Shown piece after piece: positions 11,843-24,224 of a stretch of DNA of 64,000 nucleotides. Location of the stretch: NCBI RefSeq assembly GCF_030028105.1, contig NC_092383.1, forward strand, positions 86,881,921 through 86,945,920. Direction: 5' to 3'. Source of the stretch: Mobula birostris. Lineage: Eukaryota. The stretch's first letter is position 1, and every line of letters starts with the position of its first letter. Made by a program: the position numbers and the translations under genes. The notes beneath the pieces were generated by a model. The model made no database searches. It was not told the DNA's origin and was given only the letters and a program-made list of their open reading frames with translations.

Positions 11843-11924
11843 AAATAAAGCAGAGATCCCATTGTCGAAGAATCGGATGGGTTGACACTTGCCTTTTGCA
11901 GAGACGTGATGAATCTGATCCTCA
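11843..11924 (-). repeat. Inverted repeat, right arm (82 bp)
   Basis: Reverse complement of 10817-10898. Confidence 0.9.
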
Positions 11925-13589
11925 CAGTATGGTGGTCCAGGAGGTAAAGTGAAGTCTCCCAGATCGCATTGACTGTGCTTCAATTTTGCATCAAGATCAA
12001 ACTTTCATTCTTCTGCCCACTGTCATCCTTCAAGGCAGTGACTTTGATTTTTTGAAATTCTTTCTCCAACATGTTACCCTCATTGATATCAATATAACAG
12101 CAGTTTTCCCAATGTTTCCTTCATCACCCCAGCAAGTATTTTAACCCGTACATACTGTTTCTGTGAACTAATTAATACCCTTATACACTGTTAAACTCAT
12201 TCTATGGATTCAATTGCCTGCAGATGTTGTTTATTCTAATAACCGATGAATGATAATCAATTAAGATGCTTCTTCATAAACTGATATTATCAAAAATGGG
12301 TTTTGTTTCGAACTGAAATGCATTCATGGGGAATAGATCACATTCAGGCTCCTGGACTTCCCTTTGTTGTCAACAGCTGTGAATGTTCAGGAAAGGGGAA
12401 CAGTTAATTACCCATTCTGATATTCCATCAGAACAAATTTATGAAGTATTAGCTTTCCTTTTAACTCTTCCGAAGCTGTCTGACATTCTGGGTCTCTCTA
12501 TTATCTGCAGATTTCATTTCAGATAGGCACATATTCATAGTTCATAGTTCAAGTTTCATTGTCATTCAACCACACATGAATATGCATGAATACAACCAAA
12601 CAAAACAGCACTACTCTGGGGCCAAGGTGCAAAACACAGTACCAACAGTCACACAACTAATACATGTAAGATTGCAAGCACATATAAGTAAAATACCGTC
12701 AAACAAAAGATCATGATGTTGCAGAAATCTGCAGTTTCATACAATACGGCTGAGTGAACACTAGGGGGCAGCATCGCTTGCAGCTTGAATGCTGCACCAC
12801 ACCGCCTGCTGCAGAGCGCACTGACTCTGATGCCTCTCTCCTGGGGGGCTGGAAACATGCAACATTGTGGCTTGAAGCCGAGGCCACACAACTCCTCTGC
12901 TGTCCATCAATAAATCAGTGAATCAGAGTTGCAGAATTCCAAATGAACAATGTCCAACAAGTTCTTGCGATCGCAAGGAAAGCACTAAGACCATCACTTC
13001 CTGCTAGATTGCACACCTTCTTTGTGCGACAAAGCCTCTCTGACACAGGCAGCTTCACGGTCCGCACCAAGTCCAGCTCTTTCAGTTTCGCCACCAACAA
13101 GCAACTCACTGACGGGGTAGACCTGCAGTACTTTAAGTTCTTAATGTCTTGCAGGGAGATGTGATTGAAAATAATACATTTAAAAAGGACAATAACATAT
13201 TTGGTTGAGCTCATAGAAGCTGCTATGATCAAACACACCACCATCTTATTTTGCTTTTGTGTTTGGAAATATTGGCACACATCGATTGCTGTGAAGAATT
13301 TTTCAATACGAGTACAATTAATGTCACTGTACAAGGGTGTTAAAGGACAGAGAACAATAGAAATTAATACAGTATAGGGAGCTGAATAAAATGAGTGACA
13401 CACACGTTGCAGGTTGTATCGGTCAATGCAGTGTGAAATTAGAAACAGGAGATATTGTTTATCTCAAAGCCGATCTGTGACTGTAGCCCACGATTGTACA
13501 ATAAATCACGTTCTTTGAAAATGACAGAAGGGAAACTGCATTGTTGTAATCAAGAAGTTAGAAAACATAGATTACTCACTACTAATCGG

Positions 13590-13672
13590 CAGTCCTGATG
13601 AAGAATCTCAGCCTGAAACATCGACTGTACCCTTTTGCAAAGATGCTGCCTGGCTTGCTGAGTTCCTCCAGA
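13590..13672 (+). mobile_element. Penelope-like terminal repeat fragment with a degenerate hammerhead motif
   Basis: cagtc-ctgatga-agaatctcagcct-gaaac-atc-gactg, then gatgctgcctggcttgctgagttcctccag. It is interrupted by a CR1 3' insertion. Confidence 0.7.
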
Positions 13673-14063
13673 AGAATGGGGGGAGATTTGATAGAGGTAT
13701 ATAAAATTATGATGGGTATAGATAGAGTGAATGCAAGCAGGCTTTTTCCACTGAGGCAAGAGGAGAAAAAAACCAGAGGACATGGGTTAAGGGTGAGGGG
13801 GGAAAAGTTTAAAGGGAACATTAGGGGGGACTTCTTCACACAGAGAGTGGTGGGAGTATGGAGTGAGCTGCCAGGCGATGTGGTAAATGCGGGTTCTTTT
13901 TTAACATTTAAGAATAAATTAGATAGATACATGGATGGGAGGTGTATGGAGGGATATGGTCCGTGTGCAGGTCAGTGGGACTAGGCAGAAAATGGTTCGG
14001 CACAGCCAAGAAGGGCCAAAGGGCCTGTTTCTGTGCTGTAGTTTCTATGGTTCTATGGTTCTA
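13673..14063 (+). mobile_element. CR1 3' fragment nested in the Penelope-like repeat
   Basis: Reads RRMGGDLIEVYKIM..FFTQRVVGVWSELP and ends in a (TTCTATGG)n tail. Confidence 0.88.
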
Positions 14064-14084
14064 TTTTATGTGTGTTGCTCCTCC

Positions 14085-14705
14085 GCAATTTCCATCAGCA
14101 TGGGAGTACCACAGGGATGCATGCTGAGCACCCTGCTTGACTTGCTTTACACCTATGACTGTGTGGCTAAGTACAGCTTCAACACCAGATACAAGTTTAC
14201 TGATGACAGTACTATTGTGGGCTGAATCAAAGTTGGTGATGAATCAGCAGAGAGGAGGGAGATTGAAAAATTTGGCTGAGTGGTGTAATAGTAACAACCT
14301 CTCAGTCAATGTCAATAAGACCAGGGAACAGATGGTGGACTTCAGGAGAGGGAAATCAGAGGTCTATGAGCCAGCAATCCTTAAAGGATCAGAGGTGGAG
14401 AGGGTCAGTAACTTTAAACTCCTGGGTGTCACTATCTCAGAGGACTTATCCTGGACCCATCCTATAAATATAATTGCAAAGAAAGCACGACAGCACCTCT
14501 GCTTACTCAGGCATCTGTGGAGATTCAGCATGACATCAAAAACCTTGGCAAACTTCTATAGATGTGTGGTGGAAAGTGTGCTGACTGGCTGCATTACGGC
14601 CCAGTATGGGAACACCTAAGCCTTTAAGCAGAAAATCCTACAAAAGGTAGTAGATTCAGTACATCATGGTAAAAACCCTCCCAACCATTGAGCCCATCTA
14701 CATTA
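14085..14705 (+). mobile_element. Rex1/Babar-type LINE RT fragment
   Basis: Reads GVPQGCMLSTLL..YTYDCVAK..YKFTDDSTIVG and KKARQHL..LR..FYRCVVESVLTGCITA. Confidence 0.8.
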
Positions 14706-14754
14706 AATGTAGGCTAGTATGGCTGTATGGCCGCTCTCTCTATAGTGAATACTA

Positions 14755-15250
14755 TACAGAGAGTACAGAGGAGATTTACAAGGATGTTGCCTGGATTGGG
14801 AAGCATGCCTTATGGGAACATGTTGAGTGAACTCGGCCTTTTCTCCTTGGAGCAACAGAGGATGAGAGATGACCTGATAGAGGTGTATAAGATATTGAGA
14901 GGTATTGATCGTGTGGATAGCCAGAGGGTTTTTTTTTCCACAGGGCAGAAATGGCTAACACAAGGGGGCATAGCTTTAAGGTGCTTGGAAGTAGGCACAA
15001 GGGGATGTCAGGGGTAAGTCTTTCACACAGAGAGTGGTGGGTGTGTGGAATGCATTGCCAGCTATGGTGTAAGAGGCAGATGCAATAGGGTCTTTTAAGA
15101 GACTTTTAGATAGGTACATGGAGCTCAGAAAAAGAGAGGGCTATGCGGTAGAGAAATTCTAAGCAGTTTCTAGATTAGGTTATAGGGTCGGCACAACATT
15201 GTGGGCTGAAAGGCCTGTAAATGTGCTGTAGATTTCTATGTTCTATGTTC
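14755..15250 (+). mobile_element. CR1 3' fragment
   Basis: Reads QRVQRRFTRMLPGL..RMRDDLIEVYKI and ends in a ttctatg tail. Confidence 0.85.
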
Positions 15251-15254
15251 TGTG

Positions 15255-15645
15255 TTCTAAAAGCAGCATCCATCGTCAAAGATCCTCACCACCCAGGCCG
15301 TGCTCTTTTCTCGCTGCTGCCACCATGTGGAAGGTACAAGAGCTTCAGGAATCGCAGGTTTCGGAACAGTTACTACCCCTCAACCATCTGGCTCTTGAAC
15401 AAAAGGGGATAACTACACTCACACTATTTCTGGTTTCCCACAGCCGATGCTCTCACTTAAAGGACTCTTTATCTTGTTGTTTTGTGCTCGTTATTTATTG
15501 CTATTTATTTATATTTGCATCTGCACAGCTTGTCCATTGATCCACTTACAGTTTCTGTTCTATTGATTTGTTAACTATGCCCGCTGAAAAGAAATCTCAG
15601 GATTGTATGTGGTGACATTTATACAATCTGATAATAAATTTGACT
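15255..15645 (+). mobile_element. Rex1/Babar 3' end
   Basis: Reads KAASIVKDPHHPG.ALFSLLP.GRRY..RFRNSYYPSTI, followed by an AT-rich 3'UTR with AATAAA. Confidence 0.75.
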
Positions 15646-16449
15646 TTTCCTGTCCAGTCTTGAAGAAAGGTCACTCCCCGAAACGTCGACTGTTCATTCA
15701 TTTCCATAGTCTGACCTGCTGAGTTCCTCCAACATTTTGTGCACGTTTCTTTGGAATCCCAGCATCTGCAGGATTTCTTGTGTTCACGTATTGTAGAATT
15801 GGTACCTTGCATTAGCTGAGAAAGTGAGTGTAGGTAAGATGGGCTAGAGGTAAGGGGAGATAGATACTATACATGTGCTGTCCAAATTCTATTCTGTATC
15901 ATTCTATGAGAAATATTTAAGCGACTTACACAGACCATTTCCTGTCTAAATGGATTTGATCGGGTTCAAGAACAGAACCGACATGGATTTTACAACTGTG
16001 ATAAAATCCATGTCACCACAGTGCATGAATGTGTAATTCCATTCAAATGTTTTCCCCCTAATATTGAACTGAAGTAAAGTGAAATCCCATCCTAGCTCTT
16101 GAATTTGCTCTGGCCAATGGAATACAGTATATTTCAGAAGGGGTGAATTTTTCAGTTGCCTCAAAGAAATGACACAGCCTTTAGAGGGAAAGAAGCCAAA
16201 TATTGCATGAAAAGCCCTTTCTTCATCACAGCTGTTTTCTGCTCTGCTCTTTCCTCAGAGGCAGTCTGCCGAAGAGGTTCAGCTGTCAATTCTCTAGAAT
16301 AGAGCGTATAAACTGTATGGAGAGGTTGTACAAACAAGGATTGTTTTCTTTCGAGACTGAAGAGATGTCAGATGGAAGATAATGAAATTAGAAGCAGCAT
16401 AGATAGATGGGGCAGAGATTCAAAGTCTCTTTCCCCAGGATCTAATCCT

Positions 16450-18360
16450 GTACGGATGAGTGCGGCTTGCTGTACATTCCCAAACCAAAAGCTGTGGATG
16501 AACCAGGAGGTATGTCATCTGCCGAAGGCTAGATCTGTGGCATTCAAGTCTGGCAATCCAGGTCTGCACCAGAAAACCAGATGTGACTTGGGCTATTTTA
16601 AAGTCGAAGAGACAATTTCAAATGAGGTTGGAGGCAACATCGGATGCACGACAACTCTGGCAGGGCCTGCAAGACATTACTTCCTACAAAGCAAAATCCA
16701 CTACTCCACTCTCTCTATACCCATGACTCTGTGACTAGGCACAGCACGAATACCATCTGTAAATTGCTGATGATACAACCATTGTTGGGAGAATCTCAGA
16801 TGGAGATGAGAGGATATTCAGGAGCGAGATATACCAACCAGTGGGGTGGTGTTGCGACAACCTTGCACTCAATGTCAGTAAGACGAAAGAGCTGATTGTG
16901 GACTTCAAGACGGGTAAGATGAAGGAACACATACCAATCCTCACTGAGAGATCAGAAGTGGAGAGCCGTTTCAACTTCCTGGGTGTCAAGATCTCTGAGC
17001 ACCTAACGTGGTCCCAACATATCAATGCAGCTATAAAGAAGGCAAGGCAGTGACTATACTTCATTAGGAGTTTGAGGAGATTTGGTATGTCAACAAAAAC
17101 ACTCAAAACAACCTTTCCCTCAATGTCGTAAGAACAAAGGAGCCGGTTGTGGACCACAGGTGGAATGGAGACAGGCCAACCCCGATTAATATCAATGGAT
17201 CTGGGTTTGAGAGGGTGAACAGCTTTAAGCTTCTCGGCATACACATCACTGAGGATCTCACGTCATCTGTATATACCGGCTGTGTGGTGAGAAAAGCACA
17301 ACAGCACTTCTTCCACTTCAGACGGTTGAAGAAGTTTGGTATGAGCCCCCAAATCCTAAGAATTTTCTACAGGGGCACAATTGAGAGCATCCTGACTGGC
17401 TGCATCACTGCCTGGTATGGGAACTGTAATTCCCCCAATTGCAGGACTCTGCAGAGAGTGGTGTGGACAGATGTGAACTTCCCACTGTTCAGAACATTTA
17501 CAGAGACAAGTGTGTAAAAAGGGCCCGAAGAATCTTTGGGGACCCGAGTTACCCCAACCACAAATTGTTCCAGCTGCTGCCATCCAGAAAACTGTACCGC
17601 AGCATTAAATCCAGGACCAACAGGCTCCGGGACAACTTCTTCCACCAGGCCATCAGACTGATGAATTCGCGCTGATGCAATTGTATTTTTATGCTATATG
17701 GACTGTCCTGTTGCACATACTATTTAATACAAATTACTATAAATTGCACATTGCACATTTAGATAGAGACATATGTGAAGGATGTAAGTAATAAAGTCAA
17801 TTCAATTTAAAAACTTCTATAGATGTACCATGACAGGCTGCATCACTGCCTGGTATGGTTGATGGGCGAGGGGTGGGGAGGAGGGTTGAGCTGCTGCTCA
17901 GGTCTAAAAGAAGCTGCAGAGGGTTGTAAATTCAGTTGGTAAGGTCTTGGGTATGAGCCTACAAAGTACCCGGAACATCTTCAAGGAGCGGTTTCTCAGA
18001 AAGGCAGCGTCCATTATTAAGGACCCCCAGCACCCAGGGCATGCCCTTTTCTCACTGTTACCATCAGGTAGGAGGTACAGAAGCCTGAAGGCACACACTC
18101 AGCAATTCAGGAACAGCTTCTTCCCCTCTGCCATCCCATTCCTAAATGGACATTGAACCCATGAACACTACCTCACTTTTATAATATATATTATTTATGT
18201 TTTTGCACAATCTTTAATCTATTCAATATACATACACTGTAATTGATTTACGTATTTATTTATTCTTTTTTCTCTTCTATATTATGGATTGCATTGAACT
18301 GCTGCTGCTAAGTTAACAAATATCATTACACATGCCGGTGATAATAAACCTGATTCTAAT
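16450..18360 (+). mobile_element. Three stacked Rex1/Babar fragments
   Basis: Repeated LNVSKTKELIVDF, ESILTGCITAWYG and IIKDPQHPGHALFSLLPSGRRYRS motifs, each fragment with its own 3' tail. Confidence 0.8.
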
Positions 18361-19247
18361 TCTGAATATGAGAGGTGAGAGTGGTGAAATCTAAAGAAAT
18401 TTACCAGTGAGAATTTTAGAGTTGTAGGTGCCTGGAATGCACTGCTAGATTGGATAGTAGGAGCAGATGTGATAATGACATTTAAGAGGCAATTGGCCAG
18501 GTACATGAACATGCAAGGGATGGAGTGATATGGGACATATACAGGCAGATTCAATAGGTTTATTTGGCATCACAGTTAGAGCAGACATGATGCTGTTCGT
18601 TACTGTTTCATGTTCTATTAACTAACCATAAGCATAATATACATTTTGTTGACTACTCCAATCAATGCAAAATGAAGGCAGGTGGACCGCGTTTATGATT
18701 TGTTCAAATGGAGATTTTCCGTGCTTTCACACTCTGACTCCATGACTCTAGTTTACAACAAGTACAGAACATTACTGACGTTCATAATACACATTTTAGG
18801 TAACTGTGCAGAAGCAGAATTAACATTTATCTCTGACCACTCACGCGGATATCTGATGATCAAAGGCCACCCCATTTTTTGATGGGGAATCCATGACCAG
18901 TACAAGGATAGAGGGATCAGCAGGAGAAACCAGCCACATGGGGGAGGTAATTGAAGCTATTTATTTGATTTAGACATGATTGCATAAAAGTTTAAATTGC
19001 TTTAAATGTATATTCACTTATTCATCTAAATTTCAACATTTAACTAATTTATCATTATTAATATGATTGTTCAATGTTACAAAATGATATAGCCCTCTGT
19101 TTCAGTGAATAAGTTCTCCATCAACTGCTGCTTCTGTGGGTTTAATTGAAATGCTCTGCACTGTTGAAAACATACAGGGGGCGGGCGGGGGGACTATTCG
19201 ACTCACATCCAAAATAACACTCAATACACCCTCAACAGGAGTACTTG

Positions 19248-19675
19248 ATAAAGTGGCCACTGACTGTATGTTTGTGGTCTTCAAATGTTGTAGCCCGTCC
19301 AATTCAATGTTCAATGTCCTGTGCATTCAGAGATGTTCTTCACATGGTATCACATGGTTATTTGAGATACCGTCACCTTCCTGTCAACTTGAACCAGTCT
19401 GACCATTCTCCTCTAACTTCTCTCGATAACAAGACATTTTCACCCACAGAGCTGCTACTCACAAGATGTTTTTTTAAACTTGTTTTCATTCTCTGTAACT
19501 TTAGAAACTGTAATGTGTGCTAAACCCAGGAGATCACCTGTTTCTGAGATACTCAAACTACCTCATCTGGCACCTAAAATCATCCTGCAGCCAAAGTCAT
19601 TTACATTGCATTTCTTGCCAATTCTGATGTTTGTTCAGAACAACAACTGAACCTTTAGATCATGCCTTTTCTTTT
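19248..19675 (-). mobile_element. Tc1-family non-autonomous DNA transposon remnant
   Basis: The minus strand gives a degraded Tc1 transposase N-terminus (similar to KKCDLSDFDRGMIVGAR.G.SISETADLLG). The end motif is ataaagtggccactga. Confidence 0.7.
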
Positions 19676-20009
19676 CCTCAGTTAACTTTTTGCCATGAAA
19701 CCTTTCCTCGATGACTTATCACAGCTGACATTTTAACTCAGGCAAGAAAAAAAGCTTCTGGAGGAATGTAGGGAGTCAGACAGCATCTGCAGATGTAGAG
19801 TGGTCAACATTTTGGATTAAGCCCCTGCTTTATGACACTTCCAGCAATTTATTCTTGTGCCAGATTATAACATCTGCTGTTGTTGGTGTCTCACAATTTG
19901 ATTTTTCTCACAATTTCTATCAGTCGTTGGGAATTGTCTTTTATTTTGCTAAATATAATTAAGAACTTTTGATATTCTGGTCTTTTACCTCATCCCACCT
20001 TCCTATCAT

Positions 20010-20290
20010 TTCTGCCTGGGTGTCTGCCTCCTTCCCTTTCTCCAATGGTCCACTTTCATCTCCCATGAGATTCCTTCCTCTCCAGCCCTTTACCTTACCC
20101 ACCCACTTGGGTTTACCATTCACCTTCCAGCTAGCCTGCATCCCCTTAACTCACCTTTTCAATCTGGTGTCTTCCCCTTTCCTTTTCAGTCCTGATAAAG
20201 GGTCTCGGTCCGAAACATCAACTGTACGTTCACATACATAGATGCTCCCCGACCTGCTGAGTTCCTCCAGAATTTTCTGTGTGTTGCTTT
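20010..20290 (+). mobile_element. Penelope-like terminal repeat fragment
   Basis: Pyrimidine-rich body, then cagtcctgataaagggtctcggtccgaaacatcaactg and gacctgctgagttcctccag. Confidence 0.65.
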
Positions 20291-20317
20291 TCATATGATG
20301 ACACATCAGCCTAAGAT

Positions 20318-20428
20318 GGCTCATTGTGGTTTCCGATTAGACTTCCTGCCCTCTTCTTCCTTATTTTTATTTGACAGTAATTTCACTCTGTGAACAGACA
20401 AGTGCTGACTGGGTCTGTGAATAAAACA
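20318..20428 (+). promoter_or_regulatory. Putative promoter and 5'UTR of a CD300/pIgR-like gene
   Basis: RUNX-like TGTGGT at 20325 and ETS-like ACTTCCT at 20341. AACAGACAAGTGCTG is shared with the region upstream of the leader exon at 51337. Confidence 0.5.
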
Positions 20429-20465
20429 ATGTGGATTTCGATTCTTCTGATTAGTTTCCTGCCTG
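20429..20465 (+). CDS. Signal-peptide (leader) exon of a CD300/pIgR-like gene
   Basis: ATG in acaATG context; reads MWISILLISFLP plus G; perfect gtgagt donor; phase 1, matching the V exons. A paralogous exon lies at 51337. Confidence 0.88.
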
Positions 20466-20614
20466 GTGAGTGAAAACCAGTATGGGACATTTTTATAATC
20501 AGTGTTAGTTTGCAGAACGGTGCATGATTATGTGTAGACACCAAAGCTATCAGAATCTGGATTTCAGAGAAACTCCTGGAGGACCTCAGCAGGTCGAGCA
20601 GCATCTGTCATGGG

Positions 20615-21800
20615 AAGAGATACTTTATACTTCATTGTCGCCAAACAATTGATACTAGAACGTACAAACATCACAGTGATATTTGATTCTGTGCTTCACA
20701 CTCCCAGGATTACAAATATTAAATATTAAAAATAGTTAAAATCAGTAAGTATTAAAAATTTAAATTATAAATCAAAAATAGAAAATATAAAAATGGGAAG
20801 TAAGGTAGTGCAAAAAAACCGAGAGGCAGGTCTGGATATTTGGAGGGTATGGCCCAGATCCGGGTCAGGATTCGTTCAGCAGTCTTATCACAGTTGGAAA
20901 GAAGCTGTTCCCAAATCTGGCCGTACGAGTCTTCAAGCTCCTGAACCTTCTCCCAGACGGAAGAGGGATGAAAAGTCTGTTGGCTGGGTGGGTCGTGTCC
21001 TTGATTATCCTGGCAGCACTGATCCGACAGCGTGCGGTGTAAAGTGAGTCCAAGGACGGAAGATTGGTTTGTGTGATGGGCTGCGCCGTGTTCAGGATCT
21101 TCTGCAGCTTCTTTCAGTCTTGGACAGGACAACTTCCATACCAGGTTGTGATGCACCCTAGAAGAATGCTTTCTATCGGTGCATCTATAAAAATAAGTGA
21201 GGGTTTTAGGGGACAGGCCAAATTTCTTTAGTTTTCTCAGGAAGTAAAGGCGCTGGTGGGCCTTCTTGGCAGTGAACTCTGCTTGGTTGGACCAAGTCAG
21301 ACCATTTGAAAGTCAGGTCATTTGTGATATTGACCCTGAGGAACTTAAAGCTTTTGAGCTGTTCCACTTGCGCACCACCGATATAAATTGGGTCGTGCGG
21401 TCCGCTACTCCTTCTGAAGTCAACAACCAATTCCTTCATCTTGCTGATGTTGAGGGATAAGTTATTGTCTTCACACCATGCCACCAGGTTCTTAATTTCC
21501 TCTCTGTACTCAAACTCATGATTACCTGAGATACGGCCTACAATTATTGTGTCATCAGCAAACTTACATATTGAGTTTGATGGAAACTTGGCTACACAAT
21601 CATGGGTGTACAGTGAGTACAGCAGGGGGCTGAGTACACAGCCTTGTGGGGCACCGGTGCTCAGAGTGATTGTAGAGGAGAGCTTGTCCCCTATTTTTAC
21701 AGCCTGGGTCCTGTCTGTGAGGAAGTTGAAGATCCAGCTGCAGATCTGAGTGCTAAGGCCTAGGTTCTGGAGCTTAGGAATCAGTTTGTCGATGGTTTGG
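20615..21800 (-). mobile_element. Rex1/Babar LINE, 5'-truncated and well preserved
   Basis: Reads [39 protein letters not shown] and FIPLPSGRRFRSLKTRTARFGNSFFP, with 3'UTR. Confidence 0.9.
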
Positions 21801-23127
21801 GTCAAGACTCTGCATTGAATCTGAAGGGGGAGGGAAGATAGTACAAATAGGAAAGGGGACACTGTGAAACAGGATAACTTACCTGGAATGTACCCCAGAA
21901 TTCGGAACAAGGTAGCTGAAGAGATTATGGAGGCATTATTATTGTTCCAGAGGCCTGGAAAATTACAAATGTCACTCCACTCTTTAAGAAGGGAGGGAGA
22001 CAAAACGCAGGACATTACAGGCCAATTATCCTTACTTCAGTAGATGGTAAGATGTTAGAATCTATTATTCAGGATGATTGTTCAGAGTACAAGGAGGCAG
22101 ATGATAAAATAGGCCAAAAACAGGATGGTTTCCTTCAGGAGAAATCTACCCTGCAAAATCTGTTTTTTTTTTAAGGAAATAACAGGCTGGATAGACAAAG
22201 GAGACTTTGTCTGTCAGTGGATGTTGTTTACTTGGATTTTCAGAAGGCCATTGACAAAGTGCTACACCAGTCAAAATCAAAGCAAATTTATTTATCAAAG
22301 TACATTTATGTCACCATATACTACTGTGAGATTCATTTTCTTTCAGATTTTTAGAAAAAAAGGCAATGTGATAGAATTTGTGAAAACCTACAGAAGTTAA
22401 ACCCATAAGACAAAGGAGCAGAAGTCAGCCGTTCAGCCCATTCGAGCCCATTAAGACTGACAAGCAACCAATGTGCAAAAGAAGACAAATATTGTAGTGC
22501 AAATTTTAAAATTACATATTTTTAATAAATGATTTTTATACTGAGAGTGCAGGTTGCAGAATCCTTAAAAATGAGTCTGAGTCCATGGGTCGTGGAATCA
22601 GTTCAGAGTTGACATGAGTGAAGTTATCCACCTCAGTCAGGAGTCTGTTGTTTGAAGGGTAATAACTGTTCCTGAAACTTAGGGAGTGGATGCTGAAGGG
22701 TCTTGGTCAAAATGTGGACAGTACCCGTTTCTATAGATGCTGCCTGGCCTGCTGAGTTCTTCCAGCATTTCATGTGTGTTACTAAGATCAATCTAATCCT
22801 TTCCTTCTATAACTTTCCTATTATCCATGTGTCTATCTAAGAGTTTTTAAGTGTATCTGCCTCTACCATCACTCCTGGTAAGGCTTTTTATGCTCCCACC
22901 ACTCCGTGGAAAGAACATACCTCTGACACCCTCTCAATCCTTTCCTCCAATCACCTTGAAATTATTCCCCCACACGTTGGCCATTTCTGCCCTGAGATAT
23001 TCTCTGAATCTCCACTCAATCTATGCCTCTGATCATTTTGTACATCTCTATCATGTTGTCTCTCACCCTCATTTGCTCCCATTCTGAATTGTCTTCAGAT
23101 CCTCAAGAATTTTGCTTTCAATTTCAG

Positions 23128-23330
23128 TTTCCTTTTTGGTTAGAGAGACATGGAGTTGTGGAGATGGAGAGATGGGGTAAGAGGAGTTGTTGGAAAAGTG
23201 ATCACAATCAAATTCCCCTATGCAACAGTAAACTAGTCACATACAATGTATTGGTGCTATGGAATATTGGTCACCAATATTCAGTTTTAGTGGAAACAAA
23301 TGGGCTACATAGACAGGAAGGAAATGTTGC
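23128..23330 (+). pseudogene. Decayed and truncated Ig V exon (5' half)
   Basis: Reads VRGVVGKVITIKFPYATVN*SHTMYWC..(frameshift)..QYSVLVETNG, which aligns with the V exons at 3601 and 41175. The B-strand Cys is lost, there is an in-frame stop, and the 3' half is absent. Confidence 0.8.
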
Positions 23331-24224
23331 ATGTATATTCAGTTTTCTTAAAAAGATTGGCTTTTTATTTGTCACGTACATGAAAACATTGAAACATACA
23401 GCAAAATGCATCTTCTTGTGTCAAATCAAATTAGTAAAGACTGTACTGGGATTAAACTGGGTTAAATCGGTGGGTTACTGGGTGGTGCGGCTCTTTGGGC
23501 CTAAAGAGCCTGTTCTGTGCTGAATCTCCAAACAAATAAACACTGAGAACATGAGTTGTGGAGTCCTCGATAGTGAGCCCATAGGTTGTGTGTAGTGATC
23601 AGTTCAGTGTTGAGTGAGTGAAGTTATCCATGCTGATTCAGGTGCCTGATCTTGAAACTACAGTTGGTTAGTTACTGAAACTTGATGCATTAAAATGTGA
23701 ATCCTCTAAATCAATTTATCAATGAAAATGACATCATCTTGAAAGATATACAACTAAACTAAGCTCAAAATTGTTGTGTAGATAGCAGTTTTATTCCATG
23801 TTGAAACTTGCATAAGAGTGATCTACCATGTAAAGACAGCCTTAGGCAGAATTTCTTCTCTCCCTCAACCACTGTGTGAACAAATCTGTGCTATACTACT
23901 TCATTATCTGATTACAAAGAATCTTCTAATATTTCTAATGTTGTTTTCTCATGTTGATTCTCACATTTGCAAACAACTCCCTTCGTGTAGTAGCTCTGAG
24001 GCTAACTGTACATCCACGGGTTACAGTTACACGTCAACTCTGAGAAAAGTAGCAACTTCTGTTTGCAGATTCACACCCCGTTGACCATTGCAAACTGCAT
24101 CAAGCTGCAATCACTCATTTTGTTCAACACCCAACTTTTAATTCTATTGTTCATCTGTCTTTAAGACCTTTTAATATTGACTGGAAATATATCCAATTTC
24201 AATTAATTTTACTTTTATGTTAAT

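Noticed and set aside
12915-13403. 162 aa minus-strand ORF
   Set aside because: No recognisable domain, splice signals or paralog; probably chance.
16230-16310. Strong polypyrimidine tract plus AG at about 16258
   Set aside because: I found no convincing donor or recognisable peptide downstream.
23023-23523. 166 aa ORF
   Set aside because: It is a chance frame spanning a CR1 remnant, part of the decayed V exon and a repeat tail.
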